NCBI GenBank assembly: GCA_964016885.1
Contig: OZ024740.1
Coordinates: forward strand, 146,816,001-146,880,000
Direction of reading: 5' to 3'
Source of the DNA: Eledone cirrhosa
Lineage: Eukaryota
Length of the DNA stretch: 64,000 nucleotides
Positions 30,666 to 47,962 of this stretch are shown here, one piece after another. Numbering within the stretch: position 1 is the first letter of the stretch; every line of letters starts with the position of its first letter. The position numbers and the translations under genes were made by a program. A model generated the notes under the pieces. It ran no database searches. It saw nothing but the letters and a program-made list of their open reading frames with translations, and was not told the origin of the DNA.

Positions 30666-31844
30666 CCTGTAATAATAAATGCTACTTCAGTTACAAATTG
30701 CCGAACGATATCTTGCAGGAAAAAGGAACAATAGGCGTCTATGATATGATTCCAGAAGAAACGATTGACAAGATTTTACATTTTGAAAGAGCTTTAATTT
30801 AGAATTTTTCAATTTTGATTAAGTGAAAGGTAAACCAATCAATTTTATGTTTAAAAAAAAACAAACTAGTTTATATGTTTTAGCAAACAATGTTTGCCAC
30901 CTAACCAATACTTGCTCAATGTTTTTATTTTTATTTTTGCGCGTTTTTAATGCTTTTATATCGATTATTAACGCTTTTAAATACATTATCAGCCCTGATT
31001 TAGCACATTTACTCTGGGAAAAATTGCAATACAGCGAGAGAAACTTTCAAGAAAGCTGACAGTATTCAAACACGAAATTGGAGCGGTAAGGGAAAAACCT
31101 TGTTATCGTAAGCATATCAAGAATGTAGGTTTGTACAAAAGCCACATGCCGCATATTGCAGTATAAAAACAATGCTAACAAAGCTGTAAAAGCCTCTTCC
31201 TCAAGATGACTTGGAGTCATTCCGAGTAGAGAGGGATCTATAGTAGAATCATGGTGATGTATAGTTAAATGACTTGCGAAGTGAATATTATGCTAAAATA
31301 CAACATCACCAGTGAAACCCTTCAAATGGTTGTGGAAGAACTACTGAATGTAAAATCACATAGGAAATATCTGATATTCGGTTACTGGCAGAGGGCATCC
31401 CTCTCCAGCTCTGAGCACAGTCGATGTCTTCCTGTCAACACGAAACCTTTAGTTATGGCCCAACAGTTCTTGAAATTGTGCAGGACATTAAATGAATTAA
31501 AATATTCATTATGTAATTGTTAGAAGATGTAGGAACCTTAGACACAGAATATAACTGCAGCCACAGCTAATTGCGATAAACAATAGCTTAAGTACCCTTA
31601 CAGACGGATGAAAGTGGCTAGAAGCCGATACGAAGAATCAAACATTGTGACTTATCAGATTTTCTAAACAATTGTATATAGCAATCTACTGTAGCTACAG
31701 TTATTCTCTGTGTTTTGGGATTCCGACATCTAAGAATTTAAAATCTAACCAATATTTATGTTGATTATTTAATCAAGGAGATCCTGTGTGACACAGTGTG
31801 CCACAAAACAGGCCTTTTCAATTACAGGTACAATCCATCCAACG

Positions 31845-31990
31845 GGCTTCGAAACAGTTTCCGTCTATTCACTTTCACACACAAGGCATGGGTCAACTCG
31901 AGGCTATGGGAAATGACACGTGCCGAAGATACCACACAGTAGGATCGAACCAGGGACCTAAAGATTGTGAAAAGAACTTCTTAACAATTC
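31845..31990 (-). mobile_element. tRNA-derived SINE family B; copies also at ~45530-45922 and ~52755-52900
   Basis: TTTCCGTCTA..CAAGGCATGGGTCAAC..GGATCGAAC (B box in antisense). Confidence 0.65.
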
Positions 31991-32707
31991 GGTTTTGCTA
32001 CAACTACCTTCAGTAACCTAGAACGAAAAATGACGATCAGTATTAAAAATAAATAATTTCATAGATGTCACCATGAATTTAAACAATAATACTTATAAAC
32101 ATTACAATAAGTTCAGTAAAAGGTTTAAGCACACCAAAAACAAACAAATGCCTATTAATAATTACAGGTTGAAACATTTATAGACCTTATTTATCACAAA
32201 CAATTGTATAATTGTATAATAATGAAAACATCATTTTCATCTATTAACTCAACGTATCCCTAACTTCTCTCCCCAAGAAAATGTATTTGATAGACCAACC
32301 CCCTATTGAGAAGGGGCTTCAAGATTAGAAGAAGCAAAAGAAGAAGACAATTTGAAAATCCTTAAATTTTTTTTACTGCTAGGTGTGGTGCTGGCATTGT
32401 GACAGTGAGGGCTCGGCTGAAATTCTCGAGCAATTGCTTACTTGCTTAAGGTCTTCTCAAGCTTATCACAGATTACCCTGATTTTTTTTCCAGTAACAAG
32501 TGGCGGGATTCGAAAGCTGAACGCACATAGCGGAAACAAATACGGCAAGGCAACTCGTGCCACACTCAAACATTTTGTTAAATCCACCCTCAACTCTTTG
32601 AAGTCGGAGAGATAAAAAACAACGTCAACCGAGTTCCAGTTCGAACTCAGAATGCAGAGAAGACGAACAAATACCACAAGGCATTCTATACAACGGCTTA
32701 CAATGTG

Positions 32708-32762
<55 letters not shown>

Positions 32763-32889
32763 ATAACGGTTTGTAGACGTACGCGCACACACACATATAT
32801 ATATATCACAATTAAATATGTAATTGTCTCTCTTTAGATGGTGATAACCAATTTACACACAACTGTAAGCAAACCTATGCATGTGCAAC

Positions 32890-32922
<33 letters not shown>

Positions 32923-33005
32923 TGTTATAATATGTTACAATATGACGCTCCCCAAATATAACAATATTTGTTTCAACACACGATTTCATATCAATAACCT
33001 TGAAA

Positions 33006-33058
<53 letters not shown>

Positions 33059-33176
33059 TGTATATATGTAAGAAGATCCCGTTAAGGGTGAAAGCAGCGA
33101 TTCTTTGCTTAAACTTTAATCTGTTATTTTAATAAATATATATATATATATATATGTATATAGACCAACACATATA

Positions 33177-33239
<63 letters not shown>

Positions 33240-33244
33240 TGTCA

Positions 33245-34570
33245 TATAACTTTGATAACTTTGATAGGTTTCGGCCAGTATTGGCCCAGGCCATGTCAAA
33301 TTTAATAGAAGCACCTGGTCAAGTCTTTCAATTGAGGATTTGGATACCATGGCTCACTCAAGTAGAGAGTTATTGTTTACGGAGACATATCCGGATGTAA
33401 GAGGTTTATCCGGGATCTTTTGAATTTTATGGGATGTGTTTCTGTTGTAATGTGTTTTGTTGTAATGTTCAAGAGAGCGAGAACATTGTTGTTATGAGAT
33501 GCGAGGTTGATTTTTGTTGTGGCCGGACAGCCCGGGACCTAAGACTTGGGTGCATTTTAAAGATGATGCCAACATCATATGGGCAAAGCTGATGGGATAT
33601 TTTCCACATCATGCAGAAAATGTACGCTTACGGCAGCATTTTGAGAGAGTAGAGTTTGAGCTTTTCTAGTCGATCCCAATAGTCAAAACCTGTCATGCCC
33701 TCTATCTTTTTTGTGATTGACCTATGAGGTGCTTCAATTTTCATAATACTTTGTTTCTTGTGGAAAGACCACAGTGGACAACAGTATTTAAAGTTTGGCC
33801 GGGCAAAAGTAAAGAAGAGAAGGATAATGGTGTGGATATCGCTCGACTGGAAAGTTCTGAGGATCCATGAGCACATCCTGCGGGCCATGTCAACTTTGCT
33901 GTTTATATGAGTGGCCCAGCTTATGTTGTTGTCCACAATTACTCCCAGGTCTCTGACCTTGTTGGATGCCATGTGGGAAAGGAATATGATAGTTTCAGTG
34001 CATTCTCTTTTCCAAAGTGGCATAGTTCGAAATTATCCTCGTTCGGCAGCATATTGTTTTTTTTTCGGCTCATTGGATAACAGTAAGTAGAATCTGATTG
34101 AAGGCATGTCCATTAATGACCTTCTGGAACTTGGAATCATCTGCAAAAATTCTTATGCTGCTATGCTTAATGACGTTGATAATGTCATTGGTATAGATAA
34201 TGAAGAGAAGTGGGCCCAACACAGTGCCGTGTGTGACGCCACTTCTGACTTTGGCTGGACTTGATTGCACTCCTTCAACTACAACATGTTGGGCTCTGTT
34301 TGTCAGGAAACACTTAATCCATTGCAGTAACTTTCCAGAGAAACTACGTAGGCAGTAACTTCCATTACGGAACCCATGTTGGTTGGAGTTCAGCAGATTG
34401 TGGCTTTCAAGAAAGTGAGTTATTCGTGATCTCACCACCCCCTCAAATACATTTTGAAAACTTGGACAACAGACTGGGACAAAAGGTTTTCAGGTATATA
34501 GCCAGCGTCCAGTGAGTTCCTCCACAGATTAACTAGAGGAGATGCAAGCTGGTGTCGACACACCTTCACC
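33245..34570 (-). mobile_element. CR1/L2-group LINE fragment with internal deletions
   Basis: NQHGFR, GTVLGPLLFIIY, FADDSK, RDLGVIVD; tandem CAAAGTTAT 3' tail. Confidence 0.88.
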
Positions 34571-34830
34571 GGTAAATGTGTAGTGTACGCTCGTAAATAT
34601 GAGAATTTTTGTAATGTTCTTTTTTTGTCATATATAATGTTTTTTTTTAATGTAAAATTAAATTATTATTATATTCTCCAGCTGCTGTATCGATATAAAT
34701 AACTTACAATAAAATTTCGCCGGATATAGAGTAGCAAAATTTAATAAGAGGGGGGGTTTGGAAAAAATCTGAAAAATTAATAAATGGTGGTGGTGGTGGA
34801 AACGGGCAATTATTCAAGACCACCTGACAG

Positions 34831-34864
<34 letters not shown>

Positions 34865-34913
34865 CATAGACACATAGAGACACGTACACCGTTAACGTAC
34901 TTCTCAGGGAGAA

Positions 34914-34950
<37 letters not shown>

Positions 34951-35321
34951 TGTATATATTTGTCTTTGTATTTTCAATAGAACTTTCAGTCATCTTCATA
35001 CCTACTTTAATTTATTTTATTTCCTTTTCTTTTGTTCTTGTATTTATTTACAAGTCTGAAATAAACTAGAAGTTTTGACTGAATGGAACCCTACATATAT
35101 ACACACACACGTATACACAGCACAGAACAACAAAATACCTTATAGGCTTTTTTTTCTGAATAGAAAAAAAGACTTTCTATTTGAATAAATAGAATTTTCT
35201 AGTAAATCAATTGAGCCGTGACCTGTTGAACCCCCTTCATAAACATATATATAAAGAGAGATTTTGTGAGAAAATTCACATATGTTCTAACTTCCATAGA
35301 ATATGAGAACAAACCTTTTTA

Positions 35322-35362
35322 ATATTTGACAAGATTAACATATTAATCGAAACCGGTAATGT
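35322..35362 (+). ncRNA. Hammerhead ribozyme, U3-A8 core variant (independent family)
   Basis: ATAT-TTGACAA-GATTAA-CATA-TTAATC-GAA-ACCGGT-A-ATGT. Confidence 0.7.
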
Positions 35363-35591
35363 ATGATAGAATTTAGATCCAGTTAATTTAATAATTATAA
35401 AAATATTCATTTTGTCGGATTAAAAAAAAAATCTTTAAATATATTCTTGTGCTTTTCCAATTTTCCAATTTTACTTTTTACCCATCCATACATGCCTAGA
35501 TGCATATATACATACATACATACATACATACATACATACATACATACATACATACATACATACATACATACATACATACATACATACATAC

Positions 35592-36577
35592 AATTTTCAA
35601 CAAACATCAAAATGAAATTTGGTGAGTCCAAGTGTGCATATTTGGCAGTAAATCGTGGAAGAAAAAAATATCATTAGGATAGCCACTGATCTAGAGGAGA
35701 GATATGGAATAAAGCCTGATATAAATCTCTCACCCAGAGAAATCGGAAGGTCCTATTCAATGTTCAAACAAGATGAAAAAATTGACCAATTTACAGAAAA
35801 AGTTGTGCATGGATACTTGAGACGTAAAACACAGACCATAGAGGGGATAAACCACTCAAAAAGCCTGGCATGGAGTTCCGACAAGTTTATGACATCACAC
35901 CTTGAGGGATATCTCTATGCAACACAGGAACAAGAACTCCCTACCAAATATCTGCTGCACAAAAGAGGAGGGCCAGCAGCTGACAATAAATGCAGGCTAT
36001 GTAAAACAAAGATCGAAGATGTATGCCACATTGTTGCCAGCTGCGAAAGAATGTCATCTCGCTACTACCTCCCCACGAGACACGATGGGATAGCTAGAAC
36101 CATCTGGAACGCACTTCGGAAAACAAAATTAAAAACAAACGAGGAAGAATATATTGAGACAGATGGCACTAAGGAATACTGGTGGAACCTGAAAATAAAA
36201 ACTGTCACCAAATTAAAGCACAACCGGTCTGATATTTTTGTTTGGAACCACACATTGAAAACGTGTTCTGTTGTGAAGATCAGCTGCCCACTTGATGTAA
36301 ACGTTGTCAGAAAAATACAGGAGAAGGAGGACATGTACGGACCATTGATGAGGAGTTTACAAATCCAGTATCCAAGATACACTTTTAGCTTCATACCCAT
36401 CATTATTGGAGCTACGGGCTATATACCAACCCGCTTGGACCAATATAGCTGCGATAGCTGGCACTTTCAAAATTAGCAAAACATTCTTGCGATTCAAGGG
36501 ATGACAATTTCTTTTCTTTTACAACCTTGCCACCAGGAAGGTGGCCGGTCAAAAATATACTCGAAATTAAGAGAAAG
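35592..36577 (+). mobile_element. R4/Dong-like non-LTR retrotransposon remnant (CCHC Zn knuckle and restriction-like endonuclease) in (CATA)n
   Basis: MKFGESKC (RT end), QEQELPTK, CRLC..HIVASC, RHD, HNRSDI, PIIIGATG; (TACA)n on both sides. Confidence 0.82.
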
Positions 36578-36861
36578 ACATACATACATACATACATGCA
36601 TACATACATACATAATACATGCATGCATACATACATACATACATACATACATACATACATACATAATACATACATACATGCTTACATACATACATACATG
36701 CATGCATACATACATGCATGCATACATACATACATGCATGCATACATGCATACATTCATACATACATACATACATACATACATACATACATGCATACATG
36801 CATACATGCATACATGCATACATAATACATGCATACATGCATAGATACAGTCATACATAAT

Positions 36862-37050
36862 TGTTTCTACTTTTGGCACAAGGCCAGCAATTATCCAGTA
36901 CATTACTGGTACTTTATTTTATCGACTCCGTAAGGATGAAAGGCAAAGTTAACCTCGACGGGATTTGAACTCAAACCGTAAAGGGACGTAACTATGCTAG
37001 AAAGCATAGCGTCCGACCCTCTCCCGATACTGCCAATTCGCCGCCCTTAT
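36862..37050 (-). mobile_element. Full-length SINE family A
   Basis: 18-bp TSD GATACAGTCATACATAAT at 36844 and 37051. Confidence 0.9.
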
Positions 37051-37282
37051 GATACAGTCATACATAATACATACATACATGCATACATACATACATGCAT
37101 ACATACATACATACATACATACATACATACATACATACATAAACACAGTCATACATAATACATACATATGTACATTTATATACATAAAAATATTTATAAA
37201 AGTAATGGTTTCTGATTTAGGCACAAGACTAACAATTTTTGGGGTAGGGAAAGTCGATTAAATCGACCCTATATTTATAAAT

Positions 37283-39197
<1,915 letters not shown>

Positions 39198-39372
39198 TAC
39201 ATATATATATATAAATAAATATACACGGGCGTGTATGATTGTGTGTAGAAGATTATATTAATAAAAGGAATTCCAACTTTGTCTAATTTACTCGTTTTAT
39301 TTACAATCCTTTAAAATTATAATGGTATTAGAATGAAATAGTATGGTAGAATATTAAATGTTAAGTGTTAAT

Positions 39373-39411
39373 TGAACGAGTACTTTCATGCTTTCGCAAT
39401 CTTCAGGTTCA
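39373..39411 (-). ncRNA. Minimal type I hammerhead ribozyme
   Basis: TGAAC-CTGAAGA-TTGC-GAAA-GCAT-GAA-AGTACT-C-GTTCA. Confidence 0.85.
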
Positions 39412-39484
39412 TATTCTGTGGTGACAGTCAAGTTTGCAATATTCAACAGTTGAATATTGCAAACTTGACTGTCACCACAGAATA

Positions 39485-39523
39485 TGAACCTGAAGATTGC
39501 GAAAGCATGAAAGTACTCGTTCA
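39485..39523 (+). ncRNA. Minimal type I hammerhead ribozyme
   Basis: Same as 39373-39411: stem I 5 bp, GAAA-tetraloop stem II, palindromic AGTACT stem III, CUC triplet. Confidence 0.85.
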
Positions 39524-39666
39524 ATTAACACTTAACATTTAATATTCTACCATACTATTTCATTCTAATACCATTATAATTTTAAATGATTGTAAATAAA
39601 ACGAGTAAATTAGACAAAGTTGGAATTCCTTTTATTAATATATATATATATTTATGTATGTATATA

Positions 39667-39763
<97 letters not shown>

Positions 39764-40041
39764 ATGTATATATGTATATATATATATATATATATACACA
39801 TATGTATGTATATATATATATAAATATATATATAGAGAGAGAGAGGGAGAGAGATAGGTGTGTATATATACACAAATGTATAAATGCACACACACAGACA
39901 CACATATATATATATACACACATACATATACATGTATATATATATGTAGTCATATTCATATGTATATATTTACACATATATATTTACACATATATATTAT
40001 ATTTTCATATTTAATTATATTTGCATACACACACACACACG

Positions 40042-40108
<67 letters not shown>

Positions 40109-40392
40109 GTATATATACATTTATATATGTAAACAATAACATACCTATTATATGCATACACACACATATATATATATATATTATATATATTATATATATA
40201 CATATAACGTATGTGTATATATATATATATATATACACACATATATATATATACATATATATATGTGTGTGTGTATATTTCTATAAATATATTTGTATAT
40301 AATGAATGCATACACTCACACTCCTACAAACCCTGACACGCACACACACATGGTCTCTCTCTCTCTCCCTCTCTCACGCACACACACACACA

Positions 40393-40472
<80 letters not shown>

Positions 40473-40691
40473 CATCATCGTCGTTTGACGTCTATCTTCC
40501 ACGCCAGCATGGGTTTATTTATATATATGGGTATATTTAGATATATTATATATGCATGTATGCATGTATGTTTTATATATATACATATGCACATACATGT
40601 ATATACGTATATATATATATATATATATATATATGTTTATACATGTATATGCATATGTACATATATAAGACATACATGCATACATGCATAC

Positions 40692-40765
<74 letters not shown>

Positions 40766-41456
40766 AAAAAGTATGACCCCGACGGCAGAGCTCAAGCCGT
40801 TTCGACGGCTATATCTGGACTTTTGTCCTATTTCCCACTCTACTACCTTAAGTATTGAGTACTCTGGTGCGTTATGGTCCATCTGGTTCCTTACCACAAT
40901 TCCTTTGTTATATATATATATATATATAATATGTATGTATGAATACATATGCATTTATTGGTACCATATATATATATGTGTGTGTGTCTGTGTCTGTGTG
41001 TGTGTGTGCGCGCTCTCGTGCTTTTGTGTGTGTGTACGTGCTTGTGTCCATAAGTGTTTTTTTATTAGTTCTCTAAAAACTTTTCGCTCTTTTATTCCCT
41101 GTAACGGTTTGACGAATCGATATCAATAAATTATACACTAAATTGAAACGAATATTGTATTTGATATCTATTACAAAACTCTTGAAATCGGTACCCCAGT
41201 ATTGTAATAGTGAAATACTTTGAAAAGAAGGAAATATATGATTAAATACCCTGATGCATATATATATATATGGTTGGTACTTTGTTATCAACACCGGAAG
41301 GATGAAAACTAACGTTGAGCTCGGTGGGATTTGAACTCAGATTGTAAAGAGCCAGAACAAATAGCACCAATATATATATACATATATATATATAATATAT
41401 ATCTATTTGTGTGTGTGTATATATACATTTGCTTTGTTATTTCTGTTTATCTGTTG

Positions 41457-41515
<59 letters not shown>

Positions 41516-41899
41516 CCGGATATATATACATTATATATATATACTTGCATACTTTTGTAAGTTATTATTTCTCAACTATGCATATTTTGACTGACATTAT
41601 CACTAATGCTACTCAAAACGACAAAGAACCCCAAAATCTACCTTATTTGTTGATTTATTCGGCAAATTTACTTATCGTTAATGTCTTGAAAATGAGGGGC
41701 CACGCTTGATTAGGCAGCTCTATATACGCTATGCTCTTGAGAAGTACATGGTGCCTATATCTACAATATTATTGGTCTGCTTAGTGTTGTCTAACCTTGG
41801 GCTAAATAACAACGACAGTTACAACGTCATCAATATCATTTTCACTATTGCATGAATAGACATAAGCATATTTGCATGTATCTCTGTAATGAGTGTGTG

Positions 41900-41974
<75 letters not shown>

Positions 41975-42298
41975 TAGTGGTTCTTATACTGTTAGCTGTT
42001 TAAAGTTTTCAAATATGAAACATTTCGCAATAAGATAAAGTTGCTTCTTTTAAATGCCGGTACGATGTTGCGGATCCTTAAATTTTGCTCTTCTGAAGGA
42101 AATGTTTTCAGCATAAAGGGTATGTGTATTGCAAGGAGACAGCAACAAAATAATTACCAGTGCTACATGGTAAAACAACGAATATTAACAACCACACGGA
42201 ATACAACAACAAGAAAATTCAGAAGTCAGCAATATGTGTGATAGCAACTATAAATATTTTAAATGACGCAACAGATGACTTTTGTTGCTTGACCTTAC

Positions 42299-42707
42299 CT
42301 GCTTTTCTGAAATTCCTGTCACTGTCGTCTGCTTTATATCGAATTGTTTCTGTTGAATTATGTGACTCGCAATTGGTGTTATCTTCTTGGAGGTTTAGAA
42401 TAGAAGAAATAGAAAATTTCAAGAAGGGTTGTTTTGTGCATGGTGCATCAAAATTTGTTGGTCGTGATGCTGCTGACATTACTGTCGCGGCTGTTGTTAT
42501 TGTAGTTATTGTTGTTGTTGTCGTAGCTGTCGATACAGGTGAAGATGATAAGGAAGATGGGGATGATGATGTTACAGAATCATTTTTCGTGTTTAAAGTA
42601 ACGTTAGAATTGTTGAGAGTGCTATAACTTTCAATCAAGTTATCGTTAAAGCTGGTATCTTTTCTACTAATATCACTAATACCTTTGCTGTGACTAACTG
42701 ATACCAT
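42299..42707 (-). CDS. PRD-class homeobox gene, first coding exon (S/T-rich, eh1/octapeptide FSISSIL)
   Basis: ATG in context aagtATGG; FLKFSISSILN; donor GCAG|gtaagg; 409 nt gives phase 1, in frame with exon 16723-16943 across a ~25.4 kb intron. The join is inferred. Confidence 0.8.
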
Positions 42708-43423
42708 ACTTTTGATTTTTTAAAGCTCTTCGAAGAAAACAATTAGAATTGTAGCTGGGTTTCCGATTGTGTGGATAATGCTAGAGTTGATCACATTTTC
42801 TCCCGTTCTTAACAAAGATGCAGGAGAACGAAGCTGAAAAATTGAGTTACAATGGTGAAGGTGATACAGACGAAAAGGATGATAATGGTAATGAATTATT
42901 GTGACAGTGATGAGGATGGTTGTGGTGACGACGATGTCGAAAAGAACAATTAGAACAAGGATAACAACGATTATTATACGATATTAACCGAAGGCGTTAT
43001 GAACCAGTTTTCTTTCTCTTTTCTTCCTTTCTAGAGTCTGTGTTAGCCACTGTTGATGTGACACTGTTGCCGCTGGTTTTGCCGTAAGGGCAAGCGCATG
43101 ATCCACAACGGATCCACTGTGTTTTCAGTCTCCCCACCACTTCTACAAACACCCCACTTCCCTCTAAAAACACTATACAGCTTCACCAAATTGATATCCA
43201 ATCTTAACTAGTTCCTGTTTTTTTTAGCCAGCAGAAGCTTTCTCTGCAGCTTTTCACTGTCATATTTCTCACTTCGCTATAATTCTCCACACATTCTAAC
43301 TAATCTTGATGTAACTTTTCTGATTAAAATGTTGTAATGTTGCGCGCTTGAGTAAAATTTGAATACAAGCATGCAAACCACATATATAAATATATATAAA
43401 TAAATACACATATATAAATATGA

Positions 43424-43487
<64 letters not shown>

Positions 43488-43495
43488 ATATATAA

Positions 43496-43590
<95 letters not shown>

Positions 43591-43630
43591 TAACAGATTC
43601 AAGTTTAAGCAAAGAATCGCTGCTTTCACA

Positions 43631-43700
43631 GATTGACTTTGTTAGTTTCAGAGGAACCCGTTAAGGGTGAAAGCAGCGATTCTTTGCTTAAACTTTAATC
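43631..43700 (+). ncRNA. Hammerhead-fold RNA, U4A core variant, in a fold-back element at ~43583-43800
   Basis: GATTGA..AGTTT-CAGAGGA-ACCC-GTTAA-GGGT-GAAA-GCA..TGC-TT-AAACT-TTAATC. Confidence 0.6.
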
Positions 43701-43860
43701 TGTTATTTTAATAAATATTTGGTCTACGGATCTTATATATTTGATATATATTTATCCTTATCGAGCCCTCTTTGGATTTTAGTCTTCAAATTTATTATTA
43801 TTACTATATTATATATATAAATATATGGCATATATATATATAGAGATAAATCTATATGGC

Positions 43861-43909
<49 letters not shown>

Positions 43910-43916
<7 letters not shown>

Positions 43917-44204
43917 AAAAAGAGATGAAATCGAAAATGCAACTGGAGTCTTATTTTTTTTTTAAATATATATATTTATTTGGTTCCTTTACCGGTTTCG
44001 CAGTTCTTCTGCTTTTCAAAAGGTGACTTGAGATGGAGGGTCTGTGGTTTTTCTCAGTGAGAAAAACCACAGACCCTCCATCTCAAGTCACCTTTTGAAA
44101 AGCAGAAGAACTGCGAAACCGGTAAAGGAACCAAATAAATATATATATTTAAAAAAAAAATAAGACTCCAGTTGCATTTTCGATTTCATCTCCTTTTCTT
44201 TATA
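43910..44204. mobile_element. Palindromic element (centre 44057) with U3-A8 hammerheads at 43986-44023 (-) and 44091-44128 (+)
   Basis: CCTT-TTGAAAA-GCAG-AAGAA-CTGC-GAA-ACCGGT-A-AAGG in both arms. Confidence 0.85.
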
Positions 44205-44354
44205 CTTTCACTCCAGTAGGACACCTCGGTTATTTTTCATTTTGTAAAAAAAACCTCACTTTCTAATATATATATATATATATATGTATATATATTTATA
44301 TATACATATATATATATATATTTATATATACCGTATATATATATATATATATGC

Positions 44355-44419
<65 letters not shown>

Positions 44420-44421
44420 AT

Positions 44422-44471
<50 letters not shown>

Positions 44472-44538
44472 ATATAGTAGAATAATCGAGTATCGGAAAA
44501 TCAGCTCACGAATTAACGATAAACAATATCCGATATGA

Positions 44539-44580
<42 letters not shown>

Positions 44581-44668
44581 TATATATATACATATATGTG
44601 TACATATATCATATACACACGTTTGGATAATGAAACGAGTGAAAAGGTTGCATATGTGTGTGTGTGTC

Positions 44669-44772
<104 letters not shown>

Positions 44773-44889
44773 CATTTATATACAATATATATATATATAT
44801 ATATAAGTTTATCCCGGGTTCAATCTAGGATATCCACAGTAAGTAAGGTTCTCAATACATAGCAGAGCATACATATTTAATATAGAAAT

Positions 44890-44940
44890 GGCTTCTACAG
44901 GACTAAAACTGTTTCATTCGGGAGAAATCATCAGGAAGCC
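44890..44940 (-). ncRNA. Type I hammerhead ribozyme with complete stem III
   Basis: GGCTTC-CTGATGA-TTTC-TCCC-GAAT-GAAA-CAG-TTTTAGTC-CTG-TA-GAAGCC; sits in fold-back 44881-44990. Confidence 0.85.
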
Positions 44941-45019
44941 CTGATTTCTCCCGAATGCAACAGTTCTACTCCTTGGAAGCTATTTCTATATTTTATATAT
45001 ATATATGTGTATATATATA

Positions 45020-45430
45020 TATACATTTATATATTAATATATACATATACATTTATATATTAATATATATATATACATTTATATATTAATATATATATAC
45101 ATTTATATATTAATATATATATATACATTTATATATTAATATATATATATATATATATATACATTTATATATTAATATATATACATTTATATATTAATAT
45201 ATATATATACATTTATATATTAATATATATATATACATTTATATATTAATATATATATATACATTTATATATTAATATATATATATACATTTATATATTA
45301 ATATATATATATACATTTATATATTAATATATATATATATATACATTTATATATTAATATATATACATTTATACATTAATATATATATACACATTTATAT
45401 ACAAATATATATATACACACATTTATATAC
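45020..45430. repeat. Minisatellite ATACATTTATATATTA(AT)n
   Basis: About 14 tandem units derived from (TA)n. Confidence 0.85.
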
Positions 45431-45431
45431 A

Positions 45432-45521
<90 letters not shown>

Positions 45522-46142
45522 TACATATTCTCGTCACGAGCCGTTCTTTATGCAGCAAAAGACCACAAGATATCGACACTAGAAAGGACTTCCATCGGTG
45601 TTTCGATGATGAGTCTTCCAGTTGTTTTGTCAACGGGTCAACTTGTTGTTCATGAAATTAATGTATAACAACTGAGCAATCAACAAGCCTCGGGGAGATT
45701 TTGTGGGACACAGTATGTGACAAGGCTTTTTCCTTTGAATTACAAGTACAGCCTATTCATCTGGCATCCATCCAACGAGCTTTCAAACGCTTTCCGTCTA
45801 CCCAATTTCACTCCCAAAGCATGGGTTAACCCGAGTGTATGGTAAATGATACTTGCTAAAGATGGCATGTAGTGGGATCGAAACCAGGATCAAATGATTG
45901 CTAAGCAAACTTTTTAACCATTCGTCCCTGATACGTTCACATAATGACCCTAGGTATTTACATCCACATTAATAACAAAAATTAATGAAAGATAGCCATG
46001 TTTATTTAAACAACGTTTGTCGTCGCCCCAGGGATCGGGCGTTGCGAAGAACGCCGAGTGGCCACAGAGAATGACCAGCTCTTTTTGTTTCTGAAGATAA
46101 TTTTTTCATTCGTTGTCTTGTCCTCTCATTGTTGATTTTATT

Positions 46143-46233
<91 letters not shown>

Positions 46234-46394
46234 GCAGTAATAAACGAAACCAAATTTTAAACATTTGACTTATTTATTTTAGTTTATTTTACATTACTCC
46301 GGAGTAACCAAATCAACCTGCACACTTCGTCGAGTGCTCCAGTCTGCAAACTAGGTGTTGGTATACAACCAACATATACTAAAAAAAAAAAAAA

Positions 46395-46451
<57 letters not shown>

Positions 46452-46573
46452 TATATATATATATGTGTGTGTGTATATATATATACACATATATATAGTA
46501 ATAATAAATGTGAAGACTAAAATCCAAAGAAGATCCTGTTAAGGGTGAAAGCAGCGATTCTTTGTTTAATCTG

Positions 46574-47335
<762 letters not shown>

Positions 47336-47632
47336 CTATATCCATGAAGCTCTCCCTCACTACACACACATACACACGTACATACACACGCACACCCATT
47401 TAAACTTTCACACACGAACATAGATGTTCTAATGTTTTCAATGATTTCCACTAGTTATAATGCTAATCTGCAATACAGCTGATAGTATGTGAAATATATG
47501 AATTATACAAAATGTTCTGCTGTGGGCCATAGAAAAGTAGCTTACGGGTCGCATGTTTGAGACCCTTGGTTTATGCTAATTATTTTATATCAATTACAAC
47601 TGATTTTCTGCATGTTAATCACAAGTTTTTGC

Positions 47633-47692
<60 letters not shown>

Positions 47693-47927
47693 AATAATGG
47701 AGCTCTTAAAGCGATGAAATGCCGAGGACGGTTGGAGGGTCACTGATGAAGGACTCACTTTTTCATATATATATATATATATAATATAAGATCGAAAGAT
47801 GGTTAAAAGAGTTCCATGTATTTTATTATGCGCATTTCAAAAACAAATATCATCATGAGATGACATTTGCGTTTTCGTCAGATAAAATAGGGAGACATGA
47901 TATGAAGGTTAAAAAAAACTTCCTACG

Positions 47928-47962
<35 letters not shown>

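Larger units (their letters stand above)
39254..39642. mobile_element. Near-perfect palindrome (~194 bp arms, centre 39448) carrying two hammerheads
   Basis: Arms differ at about one position by eye; 1-nt spacer. Confidence 0.92.

Noticed and set aside
42160-42627. 155-aa plus-strand ORF
   Set aside because: Antisense shadow of homeobox exon 1
45020-45430. CRISPR-like regularly spaced repeats
   Set aside because: Spacers are only (AT)n of variable length in a eukaryotic context; it is a minisatellite
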